This document shows, piece after piece, positions 22,059 to 36,222 of a DNA stretch of 64,000 nt. The translations under genes were made by a program, and so were the position numbers. The notes below the pieces were generated by a model. It was given only the letters and a program-made list of their open reading frames with translations, did no database searches and was not told the DNA's origin. The stretch comes from Ruditapes philippinarum (Eukaryota). The first letter of the stretch is position 1. Every line of letters begins with the position of its first letter. Location of the stretch: assembly GCF_026571515.1 (NCBI RefSeq), contig NW_026859119.1, forward strand, positions 248,001 to 312,000, read 5' to 3'.

Positions 22059-22848
22059 CTAAAAATAGCCCATGCATATCAATAACCTTACCGTATCTGT
22101 GGTTGTGTAACATAGTTGATACATGCTTATTAATTGGTACCACGTAACGAAGTATTTTAGTGCATTTACTTGTCCATAAAGATGCTATATAAATGAAATT
22201 AGCAACTGCCAAAACGAATGATTTCTCTGGAAATGAAATGTTCACACTTGTTTCCTTTTCAGTATGATAGAATAGTTAGTATTTTTATTTTCTTTACAAG
22301 TTTTATACAATAGAGAATAGATTTCAAATTGTTTTGACAAAAAATATTCGTTTTTACAAAAAAAACAAAAAAACTAAACAAACACTTTATGAAGGCACAA
22401 CTGTGCAAGCCTTTCCTTTTAAAACGAAACTTTATTTAGTAGTGGTTTTGATTGTGCGACATTTTACTTCGCCACGGTAATATCCGAAAACTCCAAACGT
22501 ATAACTATCGCAAAGGTAAAAGCCGAAAATTCCAAATGTATTCCTACCTGATCAGTTACGATTAATTTCATTGGACATGAGAAAATAAGGGGAGGTAACT
22601 AGTGAAGAAATATAATATGGCTTCGTACTCAAAATTGTTTGTAACCAAAGTAATTACTAACATTTTCGTTTTTTGTTTTGTTTTTTTTGAGGGGAATTTT
22701 TTTCTGAAATAGGGGAAAAAAACATATGATCTTGAGAGGGGAATGGGGCCGATATTCGGCCCCAAAAATGGAAAAACGAGTGCCCTGATAGTGAACAATA
22801 GGCATTTTGTTGTTCTAATGTACACAATCGTTGAGTACTGTAGTAACA

Positions 22849-23270
22849 ATGGTTGGTAAAAGTGTTGACTTAAAAGAAGAAATGCGGACCTACATAATTT
22901 TTTGTACAAAGCTTTGTCAATATTTGATATTTGCAGACCTTTCTGATATTTACACAACCTTGAATGTGACACAGCTAACACAGTTTGCAGATGAAACACA
23001 AGTCTGAGAAATTGAAAATGCACCAACATTAGGAAGTCGACAGTGTGCATCTTGTGCCGAAATTTATTATAAGTTAAAGATATTGTTAGAAGAGGTGCTA
23101 GATATTCACTTCACGATATTGCACACATTGTTGGTATTTCACGATCGAGTGTACTCTTTAATCTAAAAAGAATATCTTGAAATATAGATCCTTGCAAGAT
23201 TGATGCCTCATTTATTGTAGTCAATAAAAAGTAATAATAGCCAAACATTTTCTGAAAATATTTCCAAAAA
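22849..23270 (+). pseudogene. Degenerate mariner transposase N-terminal fragment
   Basis: MVGKSVDLKEEMRTYI...IIKVKDIVRRGARYSLHDIAHIVGISRSSVLFNLKRI (HTH region), with stops and frameshifts. Confidence 0.6.
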
Positions 23271-25231
23271 GTAAATTGGCAAATATATAGTATTGTATTT
23301 TGTTTCTTTTCTAAACTTACAGATACAAGCACTTAGATCGTCATTTTACAGTATCTTACAAGTACTTCTCTTGTACCATTAATGCAATTTCAATGAAACT
23401 TTACAGGATTAATCTGTAGCTCGAGTCTTTACGCATATTGCACGGTTTTTCCGGTTGAATGATTTTTGGCCGAGTTATAGACGAGTTTGATAATAAGGTG
23501 TTTTTTTCTGTGTTGCCAGGAACACAAAAGCTTGTCCGGACAACTCCTCATAAACTACTTGTGCAATTTTATCCAAACTTTACAGGAATGATCAGTACCA
23601 AGTCTAGTTGTGCACTGTCTGTCCGTCTGTCACAAAACTTGTCTCAACATGAAATTTGCCATCCTTAGGCGACACATGTGATCACTGATCGCTCTTGTTT
23701 TCTCTTTTTTTTTTCTTCACCTTTTTTATAGTTTCTGCATAGATGTCTTTATGTACACAGCATGATAAATGGATCACTTAAACAATAAGGGAAATAAGTC
23801 AATGTTACAAAATGATCGAAATTGGCAATTATGGTAATTGATATTTGATAGTACATATCGGTAGAACAACGGGGTCAGGACAAGCTACCCAGATGACATT
23901 AACGTACAAACGCTCAAGAGACATAATTGTAGAGAACAGCGTTTTCCGTTTCAATTGGCATAAAAAGGTTTCGTGTAGACACAAACTTCCGTGTCATTAA
24001 CTTTACTATTAATTGAAAATTCTCGTGCAGACAGGACATAAGAAATGCGTATATTAGTAAAGAAGGAATTTTTGACATCAGACATTGTTAATAGAACTGA
24101 CGACATATTGCCAATTACTTTTAGGTTGATAAACAAAGCAAATGAAAATATAAGTACACAGGTTGTGTTGTTTGTTATACTAATCTGTAACGTTATACAA
24201 GATAAACAATATAAACTTAAAAGGCCGTGAAAAAAATAAGCAAACGGAAAATCATTGTATCAGTCATCCTAATTTTAAAAAAATATTAAAGAATGTTTAC
24301 AAATAAAAACTTTGGGATAGTGATAGCTTTGGTTTAACAATAAAGGATCATGTCAAGGTCATTACCAATGAATTAACAAGAATAAAAGTCATCATTTCAT
24401 TCAATATGATTTATTGTTGCTGAAAATTGTTTGTATGAAAGAATTTAAAAGTTCAAAGGATTGTTTGTCACAAAGCCTAATTGTGCATACTCTCTAGATT
24501 TTGCAATTGATTTTTTATTGTACTGTTATGGTCCCGAATTGTCAATTTTAGAGTAAAGTAAGTTTGTCCGTGCTTCGCCACCAAAAACCGCTTGGGGATT
24601 CCAGTGAAACTTCATAGGATTGTTTTTCGCCATACCTGCTTAAATATGCTGGATATAATGTTGCGTTTTTCTTTTGCTGTATTTAAAACTTGAAAATTGT
24701 GTGCGCAAGGATGACATCTTTATTTTTATACATTTTTTAGCGATTGCGTTTTGTTATTTTTCGTGATCTCACAAATACGAAAATAGAAAGGGTGCGGTTT
24801 TAAATAATGAAAAGGCATACATTGTTGATAAAACAATGACAAGGTTAGCTTTTAAAAAAGCTAGTAGCGACTCGCTTCGTAATTTCTTTCCAGGGGCGTG
24901 TTTTTATGTAAAAATGACAGTTCTGTTAGCTGAAAAGACTTCAGCGAACATCAAAATAAAAGTTACATATAAAGTTAAGGAAGCCAGCTCTCTCACTTTA
25001 ACAAAGAGGAATATGAGTATATATGAAGATGCATGTAAACAGATAGAGTGAAGTCCCTATGTCTATGCACATTTACCATATGGCCTGTTGACCTTGACCA
25101 GAAAAAAAATAGATAAGTAGAATTCATAAAAATGTCTCTTTATACGAAGTTAAGTTGTAGTATGTTATTTAGTATTGGAATAAATTGCAGATACAAGTCC
25201 TAAAGTAAACACAAGTTGTCAATCAATTCAG

Positions 25232-25440
25232 CCAGAAAAGCCGGGCTCCTATTAAAAAATAGGATCCCGGAAATTGACCAGTTCAAGAATATAGTTTTTA
25301 GAAAAGCCGGGATCATATTACAAAATAAAGAGATCCCAGGAATTGGACAGTTCAAAAATATTGTTTTCAGAAAAGCTGGGATCGTATTAAAACATATGGG
25401 GATCCCGGGATTTGACCAATTCAAGAATATAGTCTTTGAT
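25232..25440 (+). repeat. Tandem repeat, about 68 bp x3
   Basis: agaaaagccgggatc.tatta.aaaata...gatccc.ggaattgacca.ttcaa.aatat repeated three times. Confidence 0.8.
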
Positions 25441-25590
25441 TTTTCCAATTAATTAGGCATGTAATTATAAGTATTGTGATTTTGTTAATAAATAGCTCTA
25501 AATATATCTGTATCTTAAGTTAAATCAATTTAACTTTCATTACATACAATAAAAAAAACTTAACGTTCAATGGCCTTTCATTACGACAAT

Positions 25591-25624
<34 letters not shown>

Positions 25625-25880
25625 AGGTATTTTTATAGCGCGACACTTTATACAGTTATATTCTGTTGCGCTTCACAAGATCCTATAATGTCAAAGTCAT
25701 TTCCACAGTTTAAAACTATATACACATTTGACGAAACTTTTTATCCATAAAATTGTTCAAAGAGGTGTGCTTTCAGTCTTTTTCTGAATGCAATTTCCGA
25801 TGCAATGCACTTTAATTCTTTTGGTAGGGCGTTCCACCATTTAGGTCCCATAACAGAAATAGATCTGTCAGCAAGTCTGG
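25591..25880 (-). mobile_element. L2/CR1-type LINE 3' end with (GATT)n tail
   Basis: Minus-strand translation ADRSISVMGPKWWNALPKELKCIASEIAFRKRLKAHLF, followed by a microsatellite tail. Confidence 0.75.
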
Positions 25881-26887
25881 TTTGATCAACACAAATATAG
25901 TTTATTAGTTTTTTCCTCTATTATCTTATACGATCCCGGATCCCGGGCGTCCCGGATCCCGGCCAGTAAATACATGCACTTAATACCGGAAAGGATAAAA
26001 TGACCGGAAAAAAGAAAAAGAAAAAAATGCACAGAACCAGATGTCGTTTATGTTAATTAACCAAACGAAAACTTACTACAGAGTAAACAGGACTGGTGAA
26101 ATCGCTAAATCAAAAGTCAGTGTAAATATGATTTACTGAAAAGAATCCATGAAAACAAACATTTTAATCATCATTATATCTTTGCGCTCAAAACAATACT
26201 TGCTGCTATTTAAATATGGCGTGAAAATTGAAGGTTTTTTGACGCTATATAATATCAAATTTGATTGGCTAAATAATTTTGGATCCTAGCCCTGATAGAT
26301 AAATTTTGTAGTAAGCTGGAAGCTAAGCTTCGATTAAATTTTTGGATGGATTCGGAGTTTTAGGTTGTTTCTCAGTAAAATCCGAACGTAATACAGCGAG
26401 CCGGCATGATGAGATCGCGATGGTACTATGGTGAAAACGTGGTGGCACGATGGTGAAAACGCTATGTCGGGAATGGCTTATTTCGAGACAAATTGTAGTA
26501 AATTACATACGTTCACTATTACAAGGGCTTGTCTCTGACTACGTCGAGAGAATAAAGTTTCGCTAAACTATTCCCAGGAATGACGAAACAACATACTTCA
26601 TGATTTTTGTATTTGGAATAGCCTACTTTTTAATTATCAAGCCATGACAAAAGTAAAATTTGAAATGCTTTAAGCTATAGAAAAGTGCGTATCATGTCTA
26701 TGAACGTTGAGATTTTACTACAAATGTACTTAGATATTGTTGAAGATATACTGTCTTTATTTTTATGTAAAATGCTTTCATTACAGAAATGTATTTCTTA
26801 CTGAATATATCTAATTTGAATATGGGAATGCACTAACTATGTTTGGAAAGCTACATTTCCTTTAATTTGGTCTAGTCTTATAAACAG

Positions 26888-27107
26888 ACCGCTTCCGTGG
26901 TCGAGGGGTTAGTGTCGATGACTTCTAATCCAGTTACCTCTCTGGCGTGGGTCCCATCCCCGGGAGATGCTTTGGTAGTTTAGCGCGGATGAAGGTAGTC
27001 TTGTGGTGGTGTAACTGTCCAGGAACGATGGTTAGGAAACTATCCGCCTATATGACTGAAATACTGTTGGGAAAAGGCGTAAAATGAAACTAACAAACAA
27101 ACAAAAA
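26888..27107 (+). mobile_element. Full-length tRNA-derived SINE (second family)
   Basis: A-box-like GTGGTCGAGGGGTT, (AAAC)n tail, 12-bp TSD TCTTATAAACAG at 26876-26887 and 27108-27119. Sister copy at 45118-45340. Confidence 0.9.
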
Positions 27108-27624
27108 TCTTATAAACAGTGTTTTTTAATGACACTGTGTTTTCATATGATGTTTACCTATAGTATGTAGTGGTAAAAGATATATTAACATATCTTATGT
27201 GTGTGTACTCAGAAGATGTTTATTTAACCTGGGACAAAAATTACATTTTTTCCAGATTAAACATTTAACAGGAACTGTGTAGAAATTTTCAGTATTCAAA
27301 TATCAAATTTGAGCATAATATATATCTTGATTTAAAATACTAATATTGATTGTCCCCCTGCAGCACACTCCTCTTTTCTCAGTGCCTGATAGTATATAGT
27401 CCTCGGCACACCTGCCTGTCAATGAAAGTGAACAAATATTTCAGGTTTAATGTGAATACCTCTGATGTTTTTTTGTTGTTTTTTTTTCTGAAAAGGCAAA
27501 TATTCTTTGAAAGAAAAGAGGAAATACTTTAGCAAAAAAACTTTAAGGATTGTCTGCCCCGTAAAAGTGCAATTTGGACATGATATTTATCAAGATGAAC
27601 AAGTACTCCAAGTTTAAAGTGATT

Positions 27625-30143
27625 TATTATGCCCCCACTTCGAAGAAGAGGGGGTATATTGCTTTGCACTTGTCGGTCCGTCCGGTCCGTCGGTCCGTAG
27701 ACCAAATGGTTTCCGAGTGATAACTAAAGAACCCTTAGGCCTAGGAACTTCAAACTTGGTATGGTGATTGGTCATGACCAGTAGATGACCCCTATTGATT
27801 TTGGGATCAAGGGGTCAAAGGTCAAGGTCACATTGACCTTGTATGTTAAAACGGTTTCCGATCAATAACTAAAGAACGCTTAGGCCAAGGATCTTCAAAC
27901 TTGATGTGGTGATTGGTCATGACCAGCAGATGACCCCTATTGATTTTGGGGTCAAGGGGTTAAAGGTGAAGGTCACATTGACCTTGTATGTTAAAACGGT
28001 TTCCGATAAATAACTAAAAAACGCTTAGGCCTAGGATCTTCAAACTTGATATGGTGATTGGTCATGACCAGCAGATGACCCCTATTGATTTTGGGGTCAA
28101 AGGTCAAGGTCACATTGACCTTGTAGGTAAAAACGGTTTCCGATCAATAACTAAATAACCCGCAGGCCTAGGAACTTCAAACTTGGTATGGTAATTGGTC
28201 ATGACCAGCAGATGACTCCTATTTATTTTGGGGTCAAGGGGTCAAAGGTCAAGGTCACATTGACCTTGTAGGTAAAAACGGTTTCAGATCAATAACTAAA
28301 GAACCCGCAGGCCTAGGAACTTCAAACTTGGTATGGTGATTGGTCATGACCAGCAGATGACCCCTATTGATTTTGGGGTCAAGGGGTCAAGGTCAAAGTC
28401 ACATTGACATTGTAGGTAAAAACGGTATCCGATCAATAACTAAAGAACCCTTAGGCCTAGGAACTTCAAACTTGGTATGATGATTGGTCATGACCAGCAG
28501 ATGACCCCTATTGATTTAGGGGTCAAAGGTCAAGGTCACATTGACCTGGTAGGTAAAAACGGTTTCTGATCAATAACTAAAGAACGGTTAGGCCTAGGAA
28601 TTTCAAACTTGGTATGATGATTGGTCATGACCAGCATATGACCCCTATTGATTTTGGGGTCAAAGGTCCAGGTCACATTGACGTTTTAGGTAAAAACGGT
28701 TTCCGATCTATATCTAAATCAAAGGGCTGCAGCTCTATGTTATTTTCTGATCTTTGCAATCTAAATCATACTGACTGTCTGTATGTACTTTCCTGTATAA
28801 GTTTAATTTTATATACTATATATTTCATCTTTCGCAGCGACAGCGTTTTGATTTTCTTCTATAACAGTTTGAGATTTACATATGGAATTTTGCATGAAAA
28901 AAAATAAAATTGCCTCGACTAGGATTTGAACCATAGGCCTGTCACGCCCTCAACGAGACCGCTTACCTCTGCACTATACATATGAGCCTTGAATAAAAAC
29001 GAATACATTATGTAATTCTAAATTGAGAATTTCCATTTCGTGTTTGTAATCCTTATAAATTTCGAGGTATTTTGTTCACGATAAACGTGTTGTTTAACAC
29101 TGATGAAAATAATTTATCGAAAATCTTCTCGCCAAAACAGTCCGACATGTATATATTCCACTACTCGACAGTCAGATTTATTTGTGTACTACGCTATGGG
29201 GTATTCGGTAATCGGCATAGCTAAAAATAGCATTTTCATTGATTAAAATGATATTCATGATAATCCGAAGCTTTACGGAAATAGCCGAACATTTTTCATT
29301 GGGAAAAAAAGATATTCATCCGCGTAATTTGTGATTGTAACCTCATATTTCTATTGACTTGACAAATCTAAACTTTTAATGCACTGTAATTCGTTAAATG
29401 TCTACATTTAAAATTATTCTTTCTTTTAATTGCTGGTTTTTAAACAGTTTTGAGTGAGAACTACTTTGCGTTGTTAGGACTGTCAGGAAATTTTGTGTTA
29501 GACCGTGGATGTTAGCTATGTATTTACTGATCTTACGATCAGAAAATACAAAAAGGCTTAGGCCTAGGTACTTCAAACCTGGTATGATGATTGGTCATGA
29601 CCAGCAGATGACCCCTATTGATTTTGGGGTCAAGGGGTCAAAGGTCAAGGTCACATTGACCTTGTAGGTAAAAACGGTTTCCGATCAATAACTAAAGAAC
29701 CCGCAGGCCTAGGAATTTCAAATTTGGTATGATGATTGGTCATGACCAGTAGATGACCCCTATTGATTTTGGGGTCAAGGGACAATGTCATAGTGACCTT
29801 GTACTTAATGACCGTTTCTGACCAATAACTCAACAACTCAAGTTGCCTTGGTTGATATTTTTATGTGCTTTTGGTATACACATTTGAAGGTCTTATGTAA
29901 TATAACCACTTGGCTGTCATTAATGTATATATTATTTGGTAAGATTTTTTATAACTTTAATTGCTGCACACAACCTATGGGGTCACAATCATTATTACCT
30001 TGTGACTAGTCATGACCAGTAGATACTAGATAACCCTTATTAATTGCTTCTTTTTACTGGGTCAGAAGTCATGCATAATAACCTGATCACATGACAAATT
30101 GGCTACTGATAGGGGGCATACATGTTTTACAAACATATCTTGT
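27625..30143 (+). mobile_element. Non-autonomous Helentron-like (HINE/pearl-type) element with 137-145-bp tandem array
   Basis: 5' ttatgccccc with hairpin and GTCC-rich microsatellite, about 7 tandem units (27704-28710), unique spacer, about 2 more units (29555-29830), 3' agggggcata...cttgtt. Confidence 0.8.
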
Positions 30144-30729
30144 TTTCATAGTTTTTGAAAATTTAAGAATTCTACATTAAAATGTCTTTTATATAATTTG
30201 TTAAACGTGTAAAGAACATCTTCATTCCAAAAAGGTTAAGATATCGTGAAAGTAAAAAAAAAGAATAATAATAAAAACGGATCTACAAGAAATTTATATT
30301 CACACTTCTCTTTTGTCGTGATAGGAAGTAGGAAAACAGAATTATCAAACACTTTTGTCATAGACTTCTATATAACTACGCTGATGAAATGTCGCAAGTA
30401 CAATGATGAACATGAAATCATACCGAGTTTTTACCATTGGATGAGTTATTTCGTCATTTCAGAAGATATAACGTTCAGATAATTTAAGCCTAATGCTTTA
30501 CTGTTTCTGGGTAAGTAAAATCAGATCTCGTTTCATTTATTTGTGTGTTGTATCGTTAATATCATCTGGCATTTTCAACAATACATATACATACCGTGCA
30601 GAACAAATGGTATAAATGTTTTGTTTACCTAAGTTACTGTAGTTATCTCACCAATGATACAAGCCAATATATATCTTCCTATGTACAAAACATTAGATTA
30701 TAAATATACAAATATTTACTTAACTTATA

Positions 30730-31020
30730 ATACGGAACGCTTAAATCGATATCTATGTTATTAACTATACGGAACACGTAAACCAATATCTCTTACTTCC
30801 CCTACGGAACACTTTAATCAATATTTATCATTCTAACTATACGGAACACGTTAACCAATATCTCTCTTATTTTCCCTACGGAATACGCAAACCAATATTT
30901 ACCTTACTAACTATACGTACATCTTAAACCAATATCTACCTTAACAACTATATTGAACGCACACCAATAAATACTTCACTTATTATATAAAACACTTTAA
31001 ACAATAACTATCTTACTATA
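30730..31020 (+). repeat. Degenerate minisatellite, about 37-bp unit x8
   Basis: Variants of actatacggaacacgt.aaccaatatct. Confidence 0.7.
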
Positions 31021-32826
31021 TATAACTACTTAATGTTATCCATATTTAAATTTTCTTTTCAAAAGTAGGTTGCAAAGAATGTGCAGCCACCTTTGAAAAT
31101 CAGTTTATATCTAGAATTAGACTTTTTGATACAGATATTTTCTGCTAAAGCAAAATATATTGTTTTAACCTTGCCATAAATTGTACAGCATAATGATAAT
31201 ATTTTTTTTTCAGATTCACTCTTTAATTTCTAATTAAAAACAAAAATCAGTAAATAAAATGATAACAAAACTTTTGTTTCATGGTATCCTAAAACCAAGT
31301 CAGTGAAATCATGTTGGATCCCAGGCAATGTATGAATCAATACAAGAAGATTCTTTGGCTAGATAATCTTAAACTACTCAATCATTAAGGTTATTTGTTC
31401 CAAACAGTGATTTTATACATTCCATAAGCAATCGAATCTCAGCAGAATGAAAATATCGTGATATAAACCGTAGCTATCTTATGTCTTGTAAACCGTCATG
31501 ATCAGATGATTCTTCTAAACGTCGAATTGGACACACTAGTGTTACACCATTTCATCTTCTAACGAACGATGGTGCTCTTTCACAGTCAAACATGTCCTCC
31601 TTGAGTGCCTGATCTTGTACAGGTTCTAAAATGAAATTACCGAGTGAATTCACTTCCAGAACGTTTTGACTCAGAACATTGAGCGACAACTTCAAAGGAA
31701 TAACCCACCCTATAATTTAAGATTTAACTTACTCGTTTTATAACTATTTAATATCTCTTTTTACGTTTAATAATTTTATGTTAACAATTCTAATGTTTGA
31801 TGCGGTATTGCCAGTAATGTGTCAATTTGTCGTTAAACACAAAGGAAAAACTAAATATACTTAATACTTGACGGCCAATTAAGCATAAAATGCATGAATC
31901 TCAATGATTGATCTTATAGTTAAGCCGGCTTCCTTTTTCGTTTCGGTTATAAATACGTGTACAGCGATTAAGTATTTTGAATGGAAGTCAAAATACCACT
32001 TTGTTTACATCTCGCTACTTTTATTCTAAATTATTTCACATTTAGCACTATTTTCTGCAGATGATAAGTATCTCAGATGCCATTACTATTTTACTTTAAC
32101 ATTATAAAATAAATGTTGTTCCTTTCTACAGAATAAAAAAATTCTTATGTTAAATGTGCCTTTAAACCAGTCTCTCTCTTCCTAACTAAATTGATTCCAT
32201 AGATTATAATTTACTTTAATGACGGTAAATACGGCATTCTTATGTATTCTTTTTAACATTTACCAAAGGTTTAAACATTAAAATTATCATTATTTTATCA
32301 CCAACAATTCCATTCCCTCCATAGCAATTTACAGTTATTCTGGTATTGTCATTACTTTCATATAACAATCGCTTTCAATTTGTTCTTAAAAATTAACTTG
32401 TTAACATGGATAAAAAAGAATTATATTATGCAGGAAAACTTAATGGTCATGGCGAAACTATAAAGCTTTGTGACTATCATATCGGTCTGACAGCACGATT
32501 GTTAATGTAATTCAATCTGTGAAAATAATTTGATTTCAGATTGAGTTACGTGAGCGAAGTAACATTATCATTTGATGGTGTTTACTTGATTTATTTCAGA
32601 AAATAGAAAACCTTTTAGAGACAATAATGTTCCGAGAACAAATGCAATAAATTCAGAAAACAGCACTGTAACAAGACATTAACCTATTTTTTAACCATTA
32701 AAGAAGAAATTACATTTTAGAATTAGATGTCTAGCGTGAAAACTGTGTTCTACATTTGATCATTTAAATGAAATGTTCTCAATAAGGATATAGAAAATAT
32801 TATTTTCAATTGGCATGTTGCCAATA

Positions 32827-33420
32827 TACGAAGGGTGTGCTAATATGAATGCAAATGGATCTATTTTCAGTAGTGCTTAACAAACAGTGTCAAAATTATT
32901 ATCTCAATCCTTCAAAATTATACAATGTCTAAGTCTTTTAATCCAAGTTTTTCATGCGACTTCATGATATGTACAAGTAATACTGTTCAGACACTGGAAA
33001 ATAGCCGAAACGAGATTTTTTCGCGTTTGATATTTCTTCGAGCGATGTGTTTTTTGAGCCTCGGAAATAGGCAAAAAGTCACAAGAAGCAACATCTGAAG
33101 GATAAGGAGGGTGAAAATGCACGACAACCCTTTCCTGTTTTAGATATTCTCGTATAATGACCGCTTTGTGTGATGTAGCATTGTCTTGTAACGATCTTAC
33201 ACCACGAAGACTAGAACCTTGCCTTTGTAAGACTTGGCATTCATAGATTTATCCTTTGGTACTGCAATTTGAATAGCAGGATCTTGACTGCTAAAAAATA
33301 ACATACATGACCTTTTTGACGCTCCTTCTGCGTTTTGTTATGCAAGGTCTTTGACCTTCCTTTGGTTGCCCATATTATGTTATGTATCTTTTGCTTGGGC
33401 TCATAAAGCTAAAGATCGAT
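32827..33420 (-). mobile_element. Mariner relic (catalytic region plus one TIR-like end)
   Basis: TACGAAGGGTGTGCTAATATG end; minus-strand translation FYEPKQK...RSVKKVMYVIF...AVPKDKSMNAKSY...LQDNA. Confidence 0.65.
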
Positions 33421-33429
33421 TGTTGTATT

Positions 33430-34140
33430 TAGGGAACTGTTTCAACAATTGTTTGGAGATTTTTACCCGAGCAAGTTATTGAATTAGGGGTAAAGCCTAT
33501 TTCTATACAAATTCACTCAAGAGTGCTTTGCTACTGGTCAAAACAGTTGTCATTTAGAAGTGACAAAATATGTAAAATAGTATTCAATACTGCTCTAGCA
33601 TTACATTCTAACAATATTAAGTTTCCGTGGATAAACTTTGTCAAGGACACTCTTGATGATTTTGGACTTTCTGAGTATTTTATAAATTCAATGTTAGTAA
33701 TTTATTTAACTTCAAAAATGTTGTTTAAACCAAATAAAATGATTTGTTTTTGATTGAATGGTACAACACTGTGGATACATCTCCGAAATGTTTAGTTTAT
33801 CGTATGTTTAAAAAGGAATGCAAGTTTGAAATATATTTAGACGAACTACCTGTTGATTTTATGAAATATTTTAGCAAATTTAGAACTACAAAACACCATC
33901 TCCCTAAAGAAAAGGGTCTCCATCTTGGCATTGAATTTTTTTTAGAAACTGTACTCATTGTAATAAAAACATAAAAGTAGACGAATTTCATTATTTGCTT
34001 GAATGTGATACTTTTATAAAAATTAGAACAAAAATGTTGAGGAAATATTATTATTGTCATTCAAATGTCTATAAATTGAATGACCAGTAAAGATCATGTA
34101 AAATTAGCTTTACTTTGTAAGAAAATCCTATTAGTTGTTA
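33430..34140 (+). mobile_element. Degenerate non-LTR retrotransposon ORF2 C-terminal fragment
   Basis: WINFVKDTLDDFG, KCLVYRMFK...FEIYL, SKFRTTKHHLPKEKG and DEFHYLLEC across frames. Confidence 0.7.
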
Positions 34141-34169
34141 AAAGAGATTTTTGTTTTATTTATCTTTTT

Positions 34170-35638
34170 TTAACCAGGTTTTCCGAAGGAAAAAACTGGT
34201 TATTAGATTGAGGTATGTCGGCGGGCGGATGGGCGGACGGGTGTGCGGGCGGGCGTAAACAATTTCTTCTGTGCGCAACTCCTCCTACATTTCTCAACGG
34301 ATTTTGACCAAACTTTCACAGAAGCTTTGTCATCAAGTGCCCTGGCGCATGTTTTCGGGGTTTTGCCATTGGATAATATTTGACCTAATTATGGCCCTTT
34401 GTTGTTTTTTTCTTATATAGAATATATAGTGAACAATTTCTTCTGTGCGCAACTCCTCCTACATTTATCAACAGATTTTGACCAAACTTTTACAGAAGCT
34501 TTGTCATCAAGTGCCCTGGCACATATTGTCGGGGTTTTGCGATTGGATAATATTTGACCTAATTATGGCCCTATGTTTTTTTTTATATAGAATATATAGT
34601 GAACAATTTCTTCTGTGCGCAACTCTTCCTACATTTCTCAACGGATTTTGACCAAACTTTCACAGAAGCTTTGTCATCAAGTGCTCTGGCACATATTGTC
34701 CGGGTTTTGCGATTGGATAATATTTGACCTAATTATGGCCCTTTGTTTTTTTTTCCTTATATAGAATATATAGTGAACAATTTCTTCTGTGCGCGACTCC
34801 TCTTACATTTTTCAACGGATTTTGACCAAACTTTCTCAGAAGCTTTGTTATCAAGTGCCCTGGCACATATTATCGGGGTTTTGTGATTGGATAATATTTG
34901 ACGTAATTATGACCCTTTGTTTTTTTTCCTTATATAGAATATATAGTGAACAATTTCTACAGTGCGCAACTTCTCCTACATTTCTCAACAGATTTTGACC
35001 AAACTTTCACAGAAGCTTTGTTATCAAGTGCCCTGGCGCATATTGTTCGGGTTTTGCGATTGGATAATATTTGACCTAATTATGGCCCTATGTTTTTTTT
35101 CCTTATATAGAATATATAGTGAACAATTTCTACAGTGCGCAACTTCTCCTACATTTCTCAACAGATTTTGACCAAACTTTCACAGAAGCTTTGTTATCAA
35201 GTGCCCTGGCGCATATTGTCGGGGTTTTGTGATTTGATAATATTTGACCTAATTATGCCCCTTTGTTTTTTTTTCCTCAATATATAATGATCAAATTCTT
35301 CTGTGCTGAACTAGTCCTACATTTCTCAACAGATTTTGTTCAAACTTTCACAGAAGCCATATCATCAAGTGCCCTGGCGCATATTGTAGAGGTTTTGTGA
35401 TTGGATAATTTTTGACCTAATTACGGCCCTTTGTTTTTTTTTTCCTTATACAGAATATATTTTTTCCTTATACAGAATATATAGTGAACACTTCTGTGGC
35501 AATTCCTCCTACATTATTCATGTTTTACATTGCACATAGTTACATTGTTTATTGCTTGTATTTGTATTTCAAATACAACATATTTATCTACAATGGAGAT
35601 AATTGAAAACCTGGTTTCGTGGCATTGCCATGTTTCTT
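34170..35638 (+). mobile_element. Helentron-like element with about 173-bp tandem array (about 7 units)
   Basis: Subterminal inverted repeat aaccaggttttc / gaaaacctggtt, GGGC microsatellite, units starting aacaatttc at about 34258, 34432, 34603, 34776, 34949, 35122; 3' hairpin tggcattgcca. Confidence 0.85.
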
Positions 35639-35651
35639 TTTTATTTTATTT

Positions 35652-35707
<56 letters not shown>

Positions 35708-36222
35708 TAACTTGTCATTCAATTATTTTTGTTTTTCTCTATTTTTGCAATGGTAAAACAACAATTGCATATAGCATTATTCATTATTAATGTTGTAATT
35801 GTGTCAATCTTGTTATTGTACTTGTAATTGTTTATAACCTATGGTTGGTGAAGTTATTGTTTTTGTTAGCTTTTTATATTCATGTGTTTTTAATGAATAA
35901 AAGAATTGAATTGTTTTGCAAATTACTTTAAAATACATGAAATTGTAACTTGGCAGTTAAGAAATTAAGAAGAGTTTAACTATAAAGCCATAATCAGAAA
36001 ATGGCAGACAACTATCATCTCGCATTACAGCTACTACTACTATAATCAAAACAACGGATAAACAAAATAGTAACCATATCTTGTGATCATATACTATATG
36101 TGTACAGTGTATTGTGAACATATACAATTATCTGCGTACAATGTATTGCGAGCCTTTACAATTGTATGTGTACAATGTCTTGCAAGTCTAGACAATTCAT
36201 TGTGCATTATGCCTTGCGAGGC

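Larger units (their letters stand above)
6597..22787 (-). mobile_element. hAT-superfamily DNA transposon that hosts the RAG-like element; outer boundaries tentative
   Basis: Imperfect TIRs CAGGACACTAG (6597-6607) and CAGGGCACTCG (reverse complement, 22787-22777), each followed by TTTTGGGG and CCCAT(A/T)CCC. They enclose a spliced hAT transposase. No matching 8-bp TSD seen. Confidence 0.55.

Noticed and set aside
6589-22795. 8-bp TSD for the hAT element
   Set aside because: Flanks TATGTAGT and ATAGTGAA do not match, so the outer boundaries remain tentative.
31500-31626. Possible minus-strand exon after the acceptor tttcattttag
   Set aside because: All three frames stop within about 30 codons and no partner exons were found.
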